Source of the DNA: Candidatus Omnitrophota bacterium
GTDB lineage: Bacteria > Omnitrophota > Omnitrophia > Omnitrophales > Aquincolibacteriaceae
DNA: 64,000 nt
Direction of reading: 5' to 3'
NCBI GenBank assembly: GCA_035352955.1
Contig: DAOPYQ010000009.1
Span: 8,088 to 72,087 of the forward strand
Position numbers and translations under genes: made by a program. Positions 17,360 through 27,298 of the stretch are shown here, one piece after another. The first letter of the stretch is position 1. Each line of letters starts with the position of its first letter. The notes under the pieces are model-generated. The model worked only from the letters and a program-made list of their open reading frames with translations, made no database searches and was not told the origin of the DNA.

Positions 17360-18048
17360 GTTGTTCTCCTTGATGATGGCTTGATCAGATCAGGCCGTTT
17401 CCGCCGCGTGACCTTTTCGGCCTCTTTACGGCGCCACTCGTTCACTTTCTTATGATCCCCCGAGGTCAACACCTCCGGGACTTCCCATCCGCGGTATTCC
17501 CGCGGTCTTGTGTAATGGGGATATTCCAGCATCCCCGTTTCAAAACTTTCGTGGCTAAGCGACTCCGCGTTCCCGAGAACTCCCGGAACCAGCCGTACCA
17601 CCGCCTCAATCAGGCAAAGTGCCGGAGCCTCGCCGCCCATCGTGATAAAATCGCCCGCTGAGATCTCCTGATCGACCAAGTGGTCTTTCACCCGCTGGTC
17701 AACACCCTCATAATGTCCTGCGATCAGCACCAAATGTTTCTTTTTGGCAAGCTTTCTCGCCAAAGGCTGACTCATCGGTTCGCCCTGGGGGTCCAGAAGC
17801 ACAACCCAGGCTTTCTTCCCGATCTTCTCGACACACTCAAAGAGCGGCTCCGGCTTCATCACCATTCCCGCCCCGCCGCCGAACGGTTTATCGTCTGCTG
17901 TTTTGTGCCGGTCGTGGGCCCAGTCTCGAAGATCATTTACCCCAATCTTGACAAGGCCCTTGTCCTGCGCCTTTTTCAAAAGCGATTCGCCCAGCGGGCT
18001 TTCGAAAAAGCGCGGAAAAAGCGTTACGAGATCGATCCGGAGCGCCAT
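17356..18048 (-). CDS. trmD: tRNA (guanine37-N1)-methyltransferase
   Basis: Start set at MALRIDLVTLFPRFF, because the longer ORF would overlap rpsP. Motifs HDRHKTADDKPFGGGAGMVMKPEPL and ISAGDFITMGGE. ATGA overlap with rplS. Confidence 0.9.
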   Translation of the reverse strand: MALRIDLVTLFPRFFESPLGESLLKKAQDKGLVKIGVNDLRDWAHDRHKTADDKPFGGGAGMVMKPEPLFECVEKIGKKAWVVLLDPQGEPMSQPLARKLAKKKHLVLIAGHYEGVDQRVKDHLVDQEISAGDFITMGGEAPALCLIEAVVRLVPGVLGNAESLSHESFETGMLEYPHYTRPREYRGWEVPEVLTSGDHKKVNEWRRKEAEKVTRRKRPDLIKPSSRRTT

Positions 18049-18064
18049 CAGCTTTCCGGAGGAC

Positions 18065-18319
18065 TTAAGCTTTTTTTGCTTTTTTCGTCTGGCGACGCAA
18101 GAGACTGGCAACGGCCGTGCTGACCTGTGCGCCGTTCTTCACCCAGTAATCGAGACGGTCCTGCTTCACCACGAACGTATCTTCTTTCGGAAGAGCGTTG
18201 TAGTAACCGATCTCCTCGATAAAACGCCCGTCTCTGGGCATCTTGGCATCACTGACCACAATGCGCCACTTCGGGCTGTTTTTGGTGCCAAAACGTTTCA
18301 TTCTTACTTTAACTGCCAC
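18065..18319 (-). CDS. rpsP: 30S ribosomal protein S16 (GTG start)
   Basis: AAAGGGAGG RBS, then GTG GCA GTT AAA GTA AGA ATG AAA CGT TTT GGC = (M)AVKVRMKRFG, the canonical S16 N-terminus. The ORF-track ATG (18346) lies upstream of the RBS. 17 bp gap to trmD, with no rimM. Confidence 0.85.
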   Translation of the reverse strand: MAVKVRMKRFGTKNSPKWRIVVSDAKMPRDGRFIEEIGYYNALPKEDTFVVKQDRLDYWVKNGAQVSTAVASLLRRQTKKAKKA

Positions 18320-18339
18320 ATTGCCTCCCTTTAATTTAA

Positions 18340-18379
18340 AGATCAAAACGCAAAGATCAAAACGGGGCCCCTACGGGGC
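18340..18379 (-). repeat. Copy 1 of a ~40 bp hairpin-plus-motif element (GCCCC-GTA-GGGGC ... CTTTGCGTTTTGATCT), minus orientation, between murA and rpsP
   Basis: Perfect 16-mer AGATCAAAACGCAAAG (18340-18355) is the reverse complement of CTTTGCGTTTTGATCT at 19807-19822. Adjacent 5-bp-stem/3-nt-loop hairpin at 18367-18379. Confidence 0.45.
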
Positions 18380-18445
18380 ATTTAATCAAAGCCGCCGAGC
18401 GGCTTCCCCAACTTTGATATTTGATTTTTGAATTTTGCTTTTTGT

Positions 18446-19711
18446 TTATTCTTTTTCTCTCCGGATCGTCGCCCCGAGAGTTGTCAGCTTTTGTTCCAAA
18501 TTCTCATAGCCGCGGTCCAGGTGATACACACGCTGGACTTCTGTATTGCCTTCCGCCACGAGCCCCGCCAGCACAAGCGCCGCACTCGCGCGAAGATCGG
18601 ACGCCATCACCGGCGCGCCGCTAAGCTTCTTTACTCCGTGAACGATTGCGCTCGGCCCTTCCAAAATGACTTTCGCGCCCATACGTCCGAGCTCCGGAAC
18701 ATGCATGAACCGGTTCGGATAAATCTTCTCCGTCACAATGCTGATCCCGGGCGTCACGGCCATCAAAGCCATGGCCTGAGCCTGAAGATCCGTCGGGTAC
18801 GCCGGATACGGAAGCGTCGTAATATCCACGGGCTTCAACCGCCCCGCCTTCCTGACCCGCAAAGCATTTTTAAATTTTTCAACCCGGACGCCCGCCTGAC
18901 GAAGCTTGTCCGTCACCGCGTTCAAATGTCCTGGCTCTGACTTCCTGATCAGGATGTCGCCTCCCGTGATCGCCGCCGCAAACATAAAGGTCCCGGCCTC
19001 GATCCGGTCCGGAATGACCCGATATTCAACACCGTGCAACTTCCGGACGCCTTCAATCTCAATGCGCGGCGATCCCTCGCCTTCAATCTTCGCGCCCATC
19101 TTTTTCAGAAACCGCGCCAAATCGACCACTTCCGGTTCGCACGCCGCGTTTTCGATAACGGTTTTGCCGTGCGCCATCACCGCGGCCATCATCACGTTGT
19201 CCGTCGCAAGGACGGAGGACCCGTACGCCCCGCCGAGAAAAATATCGGCGCCGCGCAGTTTTCTGTTGGCCGTAGCTTTCACGTACCCGTGCTGGATATC
19301 GATCGTCGCGCTCAACGCCTCAAAACCTTTGAGGTGAAGATCGATCGGCCTGGGGCCGATAGCGCACCCGCCGGGATACGAAACTTCCGCTTTTCCCAAC
19401 CTCGCCAAAAGCGGGCCGAGAACGCAAACCGAGGCGCGCATCGTCTTAACCAACTTGTACGGCGCAAACGGCTTCAAATTCTTGCCCGGCTTGATCTTCA
19501 GCCGGCCGTCTTCCAAGATCGCTTTCGCGCCAAGCGCCCGCAAAAGCTTCACCATGGTGTGCACGTCCCACAGCGACGGAACATTCTCGATCACAGATTC
19601 TTCTTCGGTCAGAAGCGCTGCCGCCATGATCGGAAGGACCGCGTTTTTCGACCCCGAAACATCCACCTCGCCATTAAGGCGGGCGCCACCTTGAATGATG
19701 ATCTTATCCAT
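18446..19711 (-). CDS. murA: UDP-N-acetylglucosamine 1-carboxyvinyltransferase
   Basis: MDKIIIQGGARLNGEVDVSGSKNAVLPIMAAALL..., the cysteine-loop region and a C-terminal ...GNTEVQRVYHLDRGYE match MurA throughout. Confidence 0.95.
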   Translation of the reverse strand: MDKIIIQGGARLNGEVDVSGSKNAVLPIMAAALLTEEESVIENVPSLWDVHTMVKLLRALGAKAILEDGRLKIKPGKNLKPFAPYKLVKTMRASVCVLGPLLARLGKAEVSYPGGCAIGPRPIDLHLKGFEALSATIDIQHGYVKATANRKLRGADIFLGGAYGSSVLATDNVMMAAVMAHGKTVIENAACEPEVVDLARFLKKMGAKIEGEGSPRIEIEGVRKLHGVEYRVIPDRIEAGTFMFAAAITGGDILIRKSEPGHLNAVTDKLRQAGVRVEKFKNALRVRKAGRLKPVDITTLPYPAYPTDLQAQAMALMAVTPGISIVTEKIYPNRFMHVPELGRMGAKVILEGPSAIVHGVKKLSGAPVMASDLRASAALVLAGLVAEGNTEVQRVYHLDRGYENLEQKLTTLGATIRREKE

Positions 19712-19779
19712 GTTTTATACCAAAATTCAAATTTCAAAAATCAAAACTAAGGAAGCCTCTCTGCGACTTTTATTGAATC

Positions 19780-19822
19780 GTCCCGCAGGGACCCCAAAGT
19801 TCTGCTCTTTGCGTTTTGATCT
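19780..19822 (+). repeat. Copy 2 of the same element (GTCCC-GCA-GGGAC ... CTTTGCGTTTTGATCT), plus orientation, between prmC and murA
   Basis: Hairpin 19780-19792 followed 14 nt later by the identical 16-mer. Together with copy 1 it forms an inverted pair bracketing murA. Confidence 0.45.
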
Positions 19823-19823
19823 A

Positions 19824-20678
19824 TTAATTTGCTTTTATGGCGATAATGACTCTTTCGATCCCTGAATAGTCCCTAAAGCGCTGAATATTATCATAACCTT
19901 CATTCCGAAGCCACTTTGAAACCTGTTCCGCCTGGCCCAGGCCTACTTCCAAAGCAAGCGTTCCACCGTCTAAAAGATGCCTTTTTGCCCCGGCAATGAT
20001 CTTTCTATAAAAATCCAGGCCATCTTTTCCCCCGTCCAAAGCCTGCCGGGGTTCAAATTTTAGTTCTTCCTGAACATTTTCCCAATCCGCGGCTGCCAGA
20101 TACGGTGGATTCGAAACGATCAGATCCCACTTCTCCGCCTCAGAAAAACCTCCAAAAAGATCTCCTTGAACCAATCGGGCCCGTTCCCGCAAACGATACG
20201 CCGCAATATTTTCCCGGGTAACCTCCAGCGCCTCCCCAGAGGCGTCCAGCAGCGTCCCCCGGGCACCTTCACACGCGCGCAAGATCGCGACAGCAATCGC
20301 GCCGGACCCGGTCCCGATATCGAGAAAAGAAAAAATTTCTTTGCCGGACATTTTTATCGTTTTCAAAACTTGCTCGACAAGGATCTCGGTCTCGGGACGC
20401 GGAATAAGGCAGCGCTTGTCCACATAAAGCGTCTCTTTCCCAAAATGCGCCTCCCGAAGTAAGTAGGCCAACGGGATCCGCCGTTTGCGAGATTCCAGAA
20501 TTTCCCAAAAACTTTCCTGAACCGTATTGTCCATCGCCTGCCCGGGCTCAAGATAGAGTTGAGATCGTGAACAGTCCATAAGCTTCATCAGGATCCGCTC
20601 GCATTCTTCCTTCGCTTCATCGATCCCGGCGTTCAAGAGCTCTAGTGTACCGCGTTGAAGCGCCTCGCTAATTTTCAT
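19824..20678 (-). CDS. prmC: Release factor glutamine N5-methyltransferase
   Basis: SAM-binding DIGTGSGAIAVA. Catalytic VSNPPYL (NPPY). Located next to prfA. Confidence 0.9.
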   Translation of the reverse strand: MKISEALQRGTLELLNAGIDEAKEECERILMKLMDCSRSQLYLEPGQAMDNTVQESFWEILESRKRRIPLAYLLREAHFGKETLYVDKRCLIPRPETEILVEQVLKTIKMSGKEIFSFLDIGTGSGAIAVAILRACEGARGTLLDASGEALEVTRENIAAYRLRERARLVQGDLFGGFSEAEKWDLIVSNPPYLAAADWENVQEELKFEPRQALDGGKDGLDFYRKIIAGAKRHLLDGGTLALEVGLGQAEQVSKWLRNEGYDNIQRFRDYSGIERVIIAIKAN

Positions 20679-20700
20679 ACGATAAAAATGCCGGACAGCC

Positions 20701-21777
20701 TCACAGCGTCGTGAGAATCCGGGCCTTTTCGTCCTCGCCCAGAGCTTCGACCACCGGATCCAGACGTCCGTCCATGATCTGGTTCAAGCTATAGAGCGTC
20801 AGGCCGATCCGGTGATCGGTCACCCGGTTGTCGGGATAATTATAGGTCCGGATCTTTCCCGACCGGTCCCCGCTTCCGACCTGTTCCTTACGATTCTTCG
20901 CCACTTCCGCTTCCTGCTGCTCGCGGCGGAACTCAAAAATTTTCGCGCGTAAAATCCGCATCGCCTTGGTCTTGTTCTTCAACTGTGAGCGCTCGTCCTG
21001 ACAAGCCACCACAAATCCTGTCGGCAGGTGCGTGATGCGGACCGCGGACTCGGTCTTGTTCACGTGCTGCCCGCCGGCCCCCGAAGCCCGGTAAACATCG
21101 ATCTTAAGGTCCGAGGGTACGATCTCGATCTCCTCTTCTTCGACCTCGGGCAATACCGCAACCGTCACGGCGGAAGTATGAATGCGCCCGCTCGCCTCAG
21201 TCCGGGGCACACGCTGAACGCGGTGGATCCCACTTTCATATTTAAAGCCATTGTACGCATACTGCCCCGTCACGCCGAAAATGATCTCTTTGAACCCGCC
21301 GATACCGGTCGGGTTCGCGTCAATCACCTCGACCTTGAGCCCGTGGTTCCCGGCGTACATGCTGTACATCCGGAAAAGATCCGCCGCAAAAAGAGCGGCC
21401 TCTTCCCCGCCTGTCCCGGCCCGGATCTCAACGATCACATCGCGAGCGGCATTCGGTTCCATATCGCGAAGAAAAAGGCCTTCCAGATCCTCGACCCGTT
21501 TCGCCTGTTCCTGCTCCAGAGCCTTGACCTCTTCCTCGATCAGGCTTTTCATCGCCGGATCGCCTTGACTCTCCGCAAGGCTGTGTTTCAGACCCGCGAT
21601 TTCCGCTTCAATTTTGCGGTATTGCCGGAATCCCTCGACGATCGGGCGAAGCCGGGCCATCTCTTTACTCAGCTTTTGAAACTGATTGCGTTCGCGCATT
21701 GCTTCCGGCGCGGCAAGTAAAGACTCGATCTCGCAAAATCGTTCCTCGGTTTTTTCCAGCCTTTCGCGAATTCTCAT
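20701..21777 (-). CDS. prfA: Peptide chain release factor 1
   Basis: [20 protein letters not shown] (GGQ motif). PxT-type codon recognition loop. RF1 N-terminal coiled coil. Confidence 0.95.
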   Translation of the reverse strand: MRIRERLEKTEERFCEIESLLAAPEAMRERNQFQKLSKEMARLRPIVEGFRQYRKIEAEIAGLKHSLAESQGDPAMKSLIEEEVKALEQEQAKRVEDLEGLFLRDMEPNAARDVIVEIRAGTGGEEAALFAADLFRMYSMYAGNHGLKVEVIDANPTGIGGFKEIIFGVTGQYAYNGFKYESGIHRVQRVPRTEASGRIHTSAVTVAVLPEVEEEEIEIVPSDLKIDVYRASGAGGQHVNKTESAVRITHLPTGFVVACQDERSQLKNKTKAMRILRAKIFEFRREQQEAEVAKNRKEQVGSGDRSGKIRTYNYPDNRVTDHRIGLTLYSLNQIMDGRLDPVVEALGEDEKARILTTL

Positions 21778-21859
21778 AAAAAGCAGGGGGATGGGGATCG
21801 GATGACGGATGACGTAAAACCAAGCGTGTCATCATCCGGCATCCGATACCCGATATCCA

Positions 21860-22183
21860 TTATTTCCCTTCCGCCTTGACCTTGTCCCTGAGCGCCTGGA
21901 GCTTTTCCTTTTTGGCGACATCCGAGAACTTCAACTTCACCGGCGGCCTCGGGGCGGCCTTCGTCGACTTTTTGCCGACCGAAACGCGGCCTTCGAACTT
22001 TTTCTTGAAACGATCGATGCGTCCGGCCGTATCCATCAGCTTCTGCTTGCCGGTGTAGAACGAGTGGCATGCCGAACAAACATCGATCTGGATCCGCGGC
22101 ATGACACTGCGGGTCTCGATGATGTTGCCGCAGGCGCACTGGATCGTGGACGGTCCGTATTTGGGATGGATTTCTTTTTTCAT
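21860..22183 (-). CDS. rpmE: 50S ribosomal protein L31 with Lys-rich C-terminal extension
   Basis: MKKEIHPKY...CACGN...[13 protein letters not shown]...[13 protein letters not shown] is L31. An extra ~35 aa basic tail follows ([37 protein letters not shown]). Confidence 0.85.
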   Translation of the reverse strand: MKKEIHPKYGPSTIQCACGNIIETRSVMPRIQIDVCSACHSFYTGKQKLMDTAGRIDRFKKKFEGRVSVGKKSTKAAPRPPVKLKFSDVAKKEKLQALRDKVKAEGK

Positions 22184-22184
22184 G

Positions 22185-23612
22185 TTATTTCTCTCCTTTG
22201 TTCATGTTAAGCAGGAATTCTGCGTTTGTTTTTGTTTTTTTGAGACGATCCACCAGAAGCTCCATGGCTTCCGAGGGATTCAGTTCGTTAAGGACTTTCC
22301 GGAGAATCCACACCCGGTTGAGCTCGTCCGACGGCATCAGGAGATCTTCCTTACGCGTGTTGGATTTCTTCACGTCGATGGCCGGATAGATCCTTCGCTG
22401 GAAGAGGTTGCGGTCGAGCTGGAGTTCCATGTTGCCCGTTCCCTTGAACTCTTCAAAAATAACCTCGTCCATGCGCGAACCCGTATCCACGAGCGCTGTC
22501 GCGAGGATCGTCATACTGCCGCCCTCTTCGACGTTACGCGCCGACCCGAAAAAGCGCTTCGGTTTGTGGAGCGCGTTGGAGTCCACGCCGCCCGAGAGAA
22601 TTTTCCCAGAATGAGGGGCCACGGTGTTGTACGCGCGCGCAAGACGGGTGATCGAATCAAGAAGAATGACCACGTCGCGTTTGTGTTCGACGAGGCGCTT
22701 GGCTTTCTCGAGAACGATCTCGGCAACCTGAACGTGCCGGTCCGCGGGCTCGTCAAAGGTCGAAGCGATGACCTCGCCTTTGACCGAACGCTGCATGTCC
22801 GTGACTTCCTCGGGACGCTCATCGATCAAAAGAACGATCAGATAAGAGTCGGGATGGTTGGTCGTAATGCTGTTGGCGATCTTCTGAAGAAGAATCGTTT
22901 TACCGCTGTAAGGCTGGGCGACGATCATTCCGCGCTGGCCAAAGCCCACCGGCGTCAAAAGATCCATCACCCGCATCGAAACCTCTTCCTGTATGGTTTC
23001 AAGATTGATCCGGCGGTTCGGATAAAGCGGCGTTAAATTGTCAAACGCGATCTTGTCCTTTCCGCTGTCCGGCTCCTCGAAATTGATGAGCTCGACCTTA
23101 AGAAGGGCGAAATAACGTTCGCCTTCCTTCGGCGGGCGGATCAGGCCGCCCACCACGTCCCCGGTCCTGAGATTGAACCGGCGGATCTGACTCGGGCTGA
23201 CATAAATATCGTCAGGCGACGGCAAGTAATTGTAATTGGGGGAGCGGAGAAACCCGAAACCGTCTTCCAAAATCTCAAGCACGCCCTCTCCGAACATCAG
23301 TCCGGATTGCTGGGCCTGTCCCTGGAGAATTTTAAAGATAAGATCCTGGCGTTTCAGCCCGGCCACATTCTCGATCTTGAACTTGTGGGCCATCTTCTGA
23401 AGCTCGCTGATCTTCATCTTCTTCAGGCTGACCACATCCAGCGGCTTTTCGCCGGATTTTTGCTGTTCCAGGGCCTTTTCCAGGGCCTCGCCGTTCGCGG
23501 CCGCGTCTTCAACGGGCGGCCTCATAAACCGCTTCGGCGGACGGTCGTCCGTCCTGCGGTGATGATGCGGCCTGTCCGTTCTTTCCGGTCTTTCGGTTCT
23601 CTCAGGGGTCAT
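22185..23612 (-). CDS. rho: Transcription termination factor Rho (with Arg/His-rich N-terminal extension)
   Basis: N-terminal RNA-binding domain ([29 protein letters not shown]; GFGFLR). Walker A. Q- and R-loops (e.g. [27 protein letters not shown]). A roughly 30-aa [19 protein letters not shown] leader precedes them. Confidence 0.95.
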   Translation of the reverse strand: MTPERTERPERTDRPHHHRRTDDRPPKRFMRPPVEDAAANGEALEKALEQQKSGEKPLDVVSLKKMKISELQKMAHKFKIENVAGLKRQDLIFKILQGQAQQSGLMFGEGVLEILEDGFGFLRSPNYNYLPSPDDIYVSPSQIRRFNLRTGDVVGGLIRPPKEGERYFALLKVELINFEEPDSGKDKIAFDNLTPLYPNRRINLETIQEEVSMRVMDLLTPVGFGQRGMIVAQPYSGKTILLQKIANSITTNHPDSYLIVLLIDERPEEVTDMQRSVKGEVIASTFDEPADRHVQVAEIVLEKAKRLVEHKRDVVILLDSITRLARAYNTVAPHSGKILSGGVDSNALHKPKRFFGSARNVEEGGSMTILATALVDTGSRMDEVIFEEFKGTGNMELQLDRNLFQRRIYPAIDVKKSNTRKEDLLMPSDELNRVWILRKVLNELNPSEAMELLVDRLKKTKTNAEFLLNMNKGEK

Positions 23613-23668
23613 TGTTTTTTTGCTCCTTTGTTAATGAACGCATAACCTTCGGCGCAACAGGCCTCGGG

Positions 23669-24334
23669 CTATTTGCTTGAACTAAGCTTTGCTTTACAAA
23701 GGGACTCGAGTTTCGTCCAGAGGACCACGGTGTCCCTTCGGGTTTGATAAATAGAATTCGAATTATCCAGAACAAAATCCGCTTTCTGGATCTTGAGCGC
23801 CTCGGGCATTTGCGCCCGTTCGCGCGCCCGGATCTCTTCGTCGCTAAAGCGTCTTTTGCTGAAACGCTTGCGCTTTACGGCATAGTTACATTTCACGGCA
23901 ATGACTTTGTCGCAGAGCACTTCAAATCCGGCCTCGAAAAGCAACGGGATCTCCACGATTACGATCTCGCGACTGCTTGCTTCGATCTTATCTTTGATCT
24001 TCTCGAAGACATACGGATGAACCAAAGCCTCAAGCCGTTCCCGCTTCTTCGGATCGGAGAAAACCTCGTTCGCAATCACGCTGCGGTCCAGTTTTTTCCC
24101 GCCCTTTTGGCAGGCCTCTGTAAAAAGCTCCGCGACCTGTTCAAAAACCGGACTTCCCCGCTTCAGGGCCTTGTGCGCGATCTCGTCCGCGTCCAGGACC
24201 TCCGCCCCCAGCTTCCGGAAAAACTGCACGACGGTACTTTTTCCCGTCCCAAACCCGCCCGTCAAACCGACAACCAAAGATTTTCCCATGCTGTTTTTGC
24301 TCTTTCCCGGTTGTTCCGGATCCGTTGTTGTCAT
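23669..24334 (-). CDS. coaE: Dephospho-CoA kinase
   Basis: VVGLTGGFGTGKSTV P-loop and CoaE fold motifs. ATGA overlap with the polA stop. The start could instead be the internal MGKSLVVGL (24289). Confidence 0.85.
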   Translation of the reverse strand: MTTTDPEQPGKSKNSMGKSLVVGLTGGFGTGKSTVVQFFRKLGAEVLDADEIAHKALKRGSPVFEQVAELFTEACQKGGKKLDRSVIANEVFSDPKKRERLEALVHPYVFEKIKDKIEASSREIVIVEIPLLFEAGFEVLCDKVIAVKCNYAVKRKRFSKRRFSDEEIRARERAQMPEALKIQKADFVLDNSNSIYQTRRDTVVLWTKLESLCKAKLSSSK

Positions 24335-27126
24335 TCCTTGTACCAGGTCGCACCCACGGAAACATCCGCTTTAAGCGGCACTTTGAGCTTGTAAGCGCTT
24401 CCCATCTCTTTCCGGACCAGCTCGGTCAGGCTCGCAATTTCGCTTTCCGGCGCATCGAACACAAGTTCGTCGTGGACCTGCAGGATCATCAAACTATCGT
24501 TTTCTTTCTTCTCCAGCTGCTTCTGGATGGCGATCATGGCGATCTTGATCAGGTCGGCCGCAGAACCCTGCAACGGCGCGTTGATCGCGGCGCGTTCGGC
24601 ATAATGCCTCAGTTGGGCATTGCCCGCATGAATGTTCGGAAAATAAGAGCGCCGGCCAAGGATCGTTGTCAAAAAACCTTCTTTTTTTGCTTTTTCGAGC
24701 TGCGCGTCCAGAAATTCCCGCAGTTTCGAGTAACGCTCAAAATAATTTTTAATAAATCGGTCCGCTTCTTGGATCGGGATGTTCAGATCCTGAGACAGAC
24801 CGTAACTTGTTTTTCCGTAAACGATGCTGAAATTGATCGTCTTGGCCGCGTTGCGCATTTCGCGCGTCACGTCCTTCTCCGGAACCCCATAGAGCAGCGT
24901 CGCCGTGAACGCGTGGATATCCCGGTCTTCCTCAAAAGCTTTCGTCAGGTTCGGGTCTTCCGAAAAATGCGCCAAGATACGAAGCTCGATCTGCGAGTAG
25001 TCCGCAGAAAGGATCTTGCCGCGCCCCCCTTTGCGCTCGCGCGGCACAAACGCCTTGCGCACAAGCCTTCCCGTCTCGATCTTGACTGGGATATTTTGGA
25101 GGTTTGGGGCAGAACTCGACAGTCGTCCCGTATCCGTCGTGGTTTGATGATAGGACGTATGCACACAATGCGTTTCCGGGTTGACCATCTCCGGAAGCGC
25201 GTCCAGATACGTCGATCTCAATTTGGCACGCTCCCGATACTCGAGGATCTTTTTCGGTAATTCATATGAAAGAGCCAGCTTTTCCAGGACGCTCGCGTCC
25301 GTCGAATAGCCCGTCTTGGTCTTTTTGAACGTCGGCAGCTTTTTCTGAACGAAAAGCACGTCCGCGAGCTGCTTCGGCGAATCGAGATTGAATTCCCCGC
25401 CCGCTTCGGAAAAAATATCCTTCTTGAGCGCTTCGATCTCTTTACCTGCCTTGTCCGACAACTTCTTGAGGAACGGGATATCCAACGCAACCCCGTTCAT
25501 TTCCATTCTCGCCAGGACCCCGGAAAGCGGCAGCTCTACCTTTTCATAAAGCCCGTCGAGATCCAGCGCTTTAAGCTTTGGCCTTAGGACCGCCGTCAAA
25601 CGGAGCACGCAATCCGCGTCTTCACAGGCATAGGCTGTGATCTGTTCGAGCGGGACTTCCGCCATGCTGATCTGTTTCGCACCGTCCACGGTTTTTCTTT
25701 TCTTTTCTTTGAGAGTAACCGCGGCGGCCCCGGTCTCCGCTTCGCTTTGATTGATCGGCGCTGAAGCCGTTTCAAGCAGGCTTTCCGTCGTGATCTTTTT
25801 AACGTTCAGGTATTCCAGCGAGAGATCGTCAAGATTATGATTCCGTTTAACCGGATTGATCAGATAGCTCGCGATCATCGTATCGAACGCAACACCCGCC
25901 AGCGTAACACCCGCCCGGCGCATGACGATCTCATCGTATTTGATGTTCTGCCCGTACTTCCCGATCTTTTCATCTTCCAAAACAGATCGTACCGCTGCAA
26001 GGACCTCTTCGGCCGGTAACCCCGGGCCCTGATGCTTCGGGCTGGAAACCGGCACATAATAGGCCTTGAACGGCTCCCAAGAAAAACTCATGCCAACGAG
26101 TTCCGCCAACATCGGATCGCTCGAAGTCGTCTCGGTGTCAAAGCTGAACGCCGCAACCCTTTTAAGCTCCTTGCACAGAGTCTGAAGCTCCTTAGCGTTT
26201 GTAACGGCCTTGTAATCCCGCTCCTTCTCTTCCGTCGCGTTTTGAAGTGCGGTTTCTTTTAAAAGTCCGCGGAACTCGTAACGTTTGAAAAATTCCGCGA
26301 GCCCCGCCGCATCCGGCGTCCCAATGCGGATCTTCTCCCAATCGATCTCAAGCGGCACCGCCGTATCGATCGTCGCGAGGATCCGTGACATCTTGAGGTC
26401 TTCGGTATTCTCCGAGATCTTTTGCCGTTGCTTTTCCGAAGAAAGCCGCACGAGTCCACCTAAAAGGCCCTCGACCGAACCAAACTCTTGAACCAGTTTG
26501 ATCGCTGTTTTCTCGCCGATCCCCGGAACACCGGGGATGTTGTCCGAAGCATCTCCCATGAGCGCAAGAATATCGACCACCTTGTCCGGGCCAAGCCCGC
26601 CGAAACGTTCTTTGACTTTCTCCGCGTCAAAAACGAGATCATCCTTGTGCGGCTGAAAGATCTTGATCCTGTCGTTGACGAGCTGGAAGGCGTCCTTGTC
26701 CCCCGTGACAATAAAGACCTGATGGCCTTCCTTTTCTCCGAGAGTGGCCAGCGTCCCGATCACGTCGTCCGCTTCATACCCCGCTTTTTCAAAGAGCGCC
26801 CAATTCGAAAGGCGGCAGAATTCCTTGATGGGTTCGATCTGCTTCACAAGCTCCTCAGGCATGGGCTTGCGGTGCGCCTTATAGTCCTTGTACTTTTCGT
26901 GCCGGAACGTCGGTTCCTTCCGATCGAAACAAACCGCGAAATGCTCCGGTTTCTGCCCCTCCACAAGCTTGCGCATCATGGTCACGAACCCGTAAATAGC
27001 GTTCGTGGGCTCTCCCCGGGAATTGGTCAGGTTGGGGATTGCGTAGAAAGCCCTATAGCAGAGGGAATGCCCGTCCACGAGGAACAGTTTCCCCCCTTGA
27101 GGGACCTTCGGGGTCTGCTTTGTCAT
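24331..27126 (-). CDS. polA: DNA polymerase I
   Basis: 931 aa. 5'-3' exonuclease N-terminus (GKLFLVDGHSLCYRAFYA). 3'-5' exonuclease/Klenow region. Polymerase motifs A/B/C (LSADYSQIELRILAH, RRSAKTINFSIVYG, QVHDELVFD). Confidence 0.95.
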   Translation of the reverse strand: MTKQTPKVPQGGKLFLVDGHSLCYRAFYAIPNLTNSRGEPTNAIYGFVTMMRKLVEGQKPEHFAVCFDRKEPTFRHEKYKDYKAHRKPMPEELVKQIEPIKEFCRLSNWALFEKAGYEADDVIGTLATLGEKEGHQVFIVTGDKDAFQLVNDRIKIFQPHKDDLVFDAEKVKERFGGLGPDKVVDILALMGDASDNIPGVPGIGEKTAIKLVQEFGSVEGLLGGLVRLSSEKQRQKISENTEDLKMSRILATIDTAVPLEIDWEKIRIGTPDAAGLAEFFKRYEFRGLLKETALQNATEEKERDYKAVTNAKELQTLCKELKRVAAFSFDTETTSSDPMLAELVGMSFSWEPFKAYYVPVSSPKHQGPGLPAEEVLAAVRSVLEDEKIGKYGQNIKYDEIVMRRAGVTLAGVAFDTMIASYLINPVKRNHNLDDLSLEYLNVKKITTESLLETASAPINQSEAETGAAAVTLKEKKRKTVDGAKQISMAEVPLEQITAYACEDADCVLRLTAVLRPKLKALDLDGLYEKVELPLSGVLARMEMNGVALDIPFLKKLSDKAGKEIEALKKDIFSEAGGEFNLDSPKQLADVLFVQKKLPTFKKTKTGYSTDASVLEKLALSYELPKKILEYRERAKLRSTYLDALPEMVNPETHCVHTSYHQTTTDTGRLSSSAPNLQNIPVKIETGRLVRKAFVPRERKGGRGKILSADYSQIELRILAHFSEDPNLTKAFEEDRDIHAFTATLLYGVPEKDVTREMRNAAKTINFSIVYGKTSYGLSQDLNIPIQEADRFIKNYFERYSKLREFLDAQLEKAKKEGFLTTILGRRSYFPNIHAGNAQLRHYAERAAINAPLQGSAADLIKIAMIAIQKQLEKKENDSLMILQVHDELVFDAPESEIASLTELVRKEMGSAYKLKVPLKADVSVGATWYKE

Positions 27127-27271
27127 TGTAAGATCAAATTACAGGGTTTCCTTCATTGGCATTCAGAACTACACGGAAAGAGATAAAAGCGGCTAAATTA
27201 GGCGATGGATTTTAAATCGGATCTTTCTGTGTGGAATTTTTACCCGTCCTGATCCTTGTTTCACCGGTCAG

Positions 27272-27298
27272 GGCCGCCCTTCCTGCTCAAGGGCGGCC
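27272..27298. other. Perfect 10-bp-stem hairpin (GGCCGCCCTT-cctgctc-AAGGGCGGCC) in the pilT-polA intergenic region
   Basis: Read directly from the sequence. No flanking U/T-tract on either strand, so it is not a canonical intrinsic terminator. It could be a protein-binding or REP-like element. Confidence 0.4.

Noticed and set aside
21778-21859. Imperfect inverted repeat GGATGACGGATGACG...GTGTCATCATCCGG between rpmE and prfA, possibly a terminator or attenuator
   Set aside because: The arms need a 2-nt bulge to pair, and the following T-run runs into the prfA start codon. It cannot be distinguished from a chance repeat by eye.
24325-25260. Long plus-strand ORFs antisense to polA (311 aa), rho (22101..23036), DegT (36072..37310), bioB/ROK (45922..47553), GH94 (50906..52036) and rnfC (30495..31991)
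   Set aside because: Each lies inside a gene with unambiguous family motifs on the opposite strand. The products are R/H/P/L-rich with no recognisable motifs, which is typical of GC-rich antisense frames.
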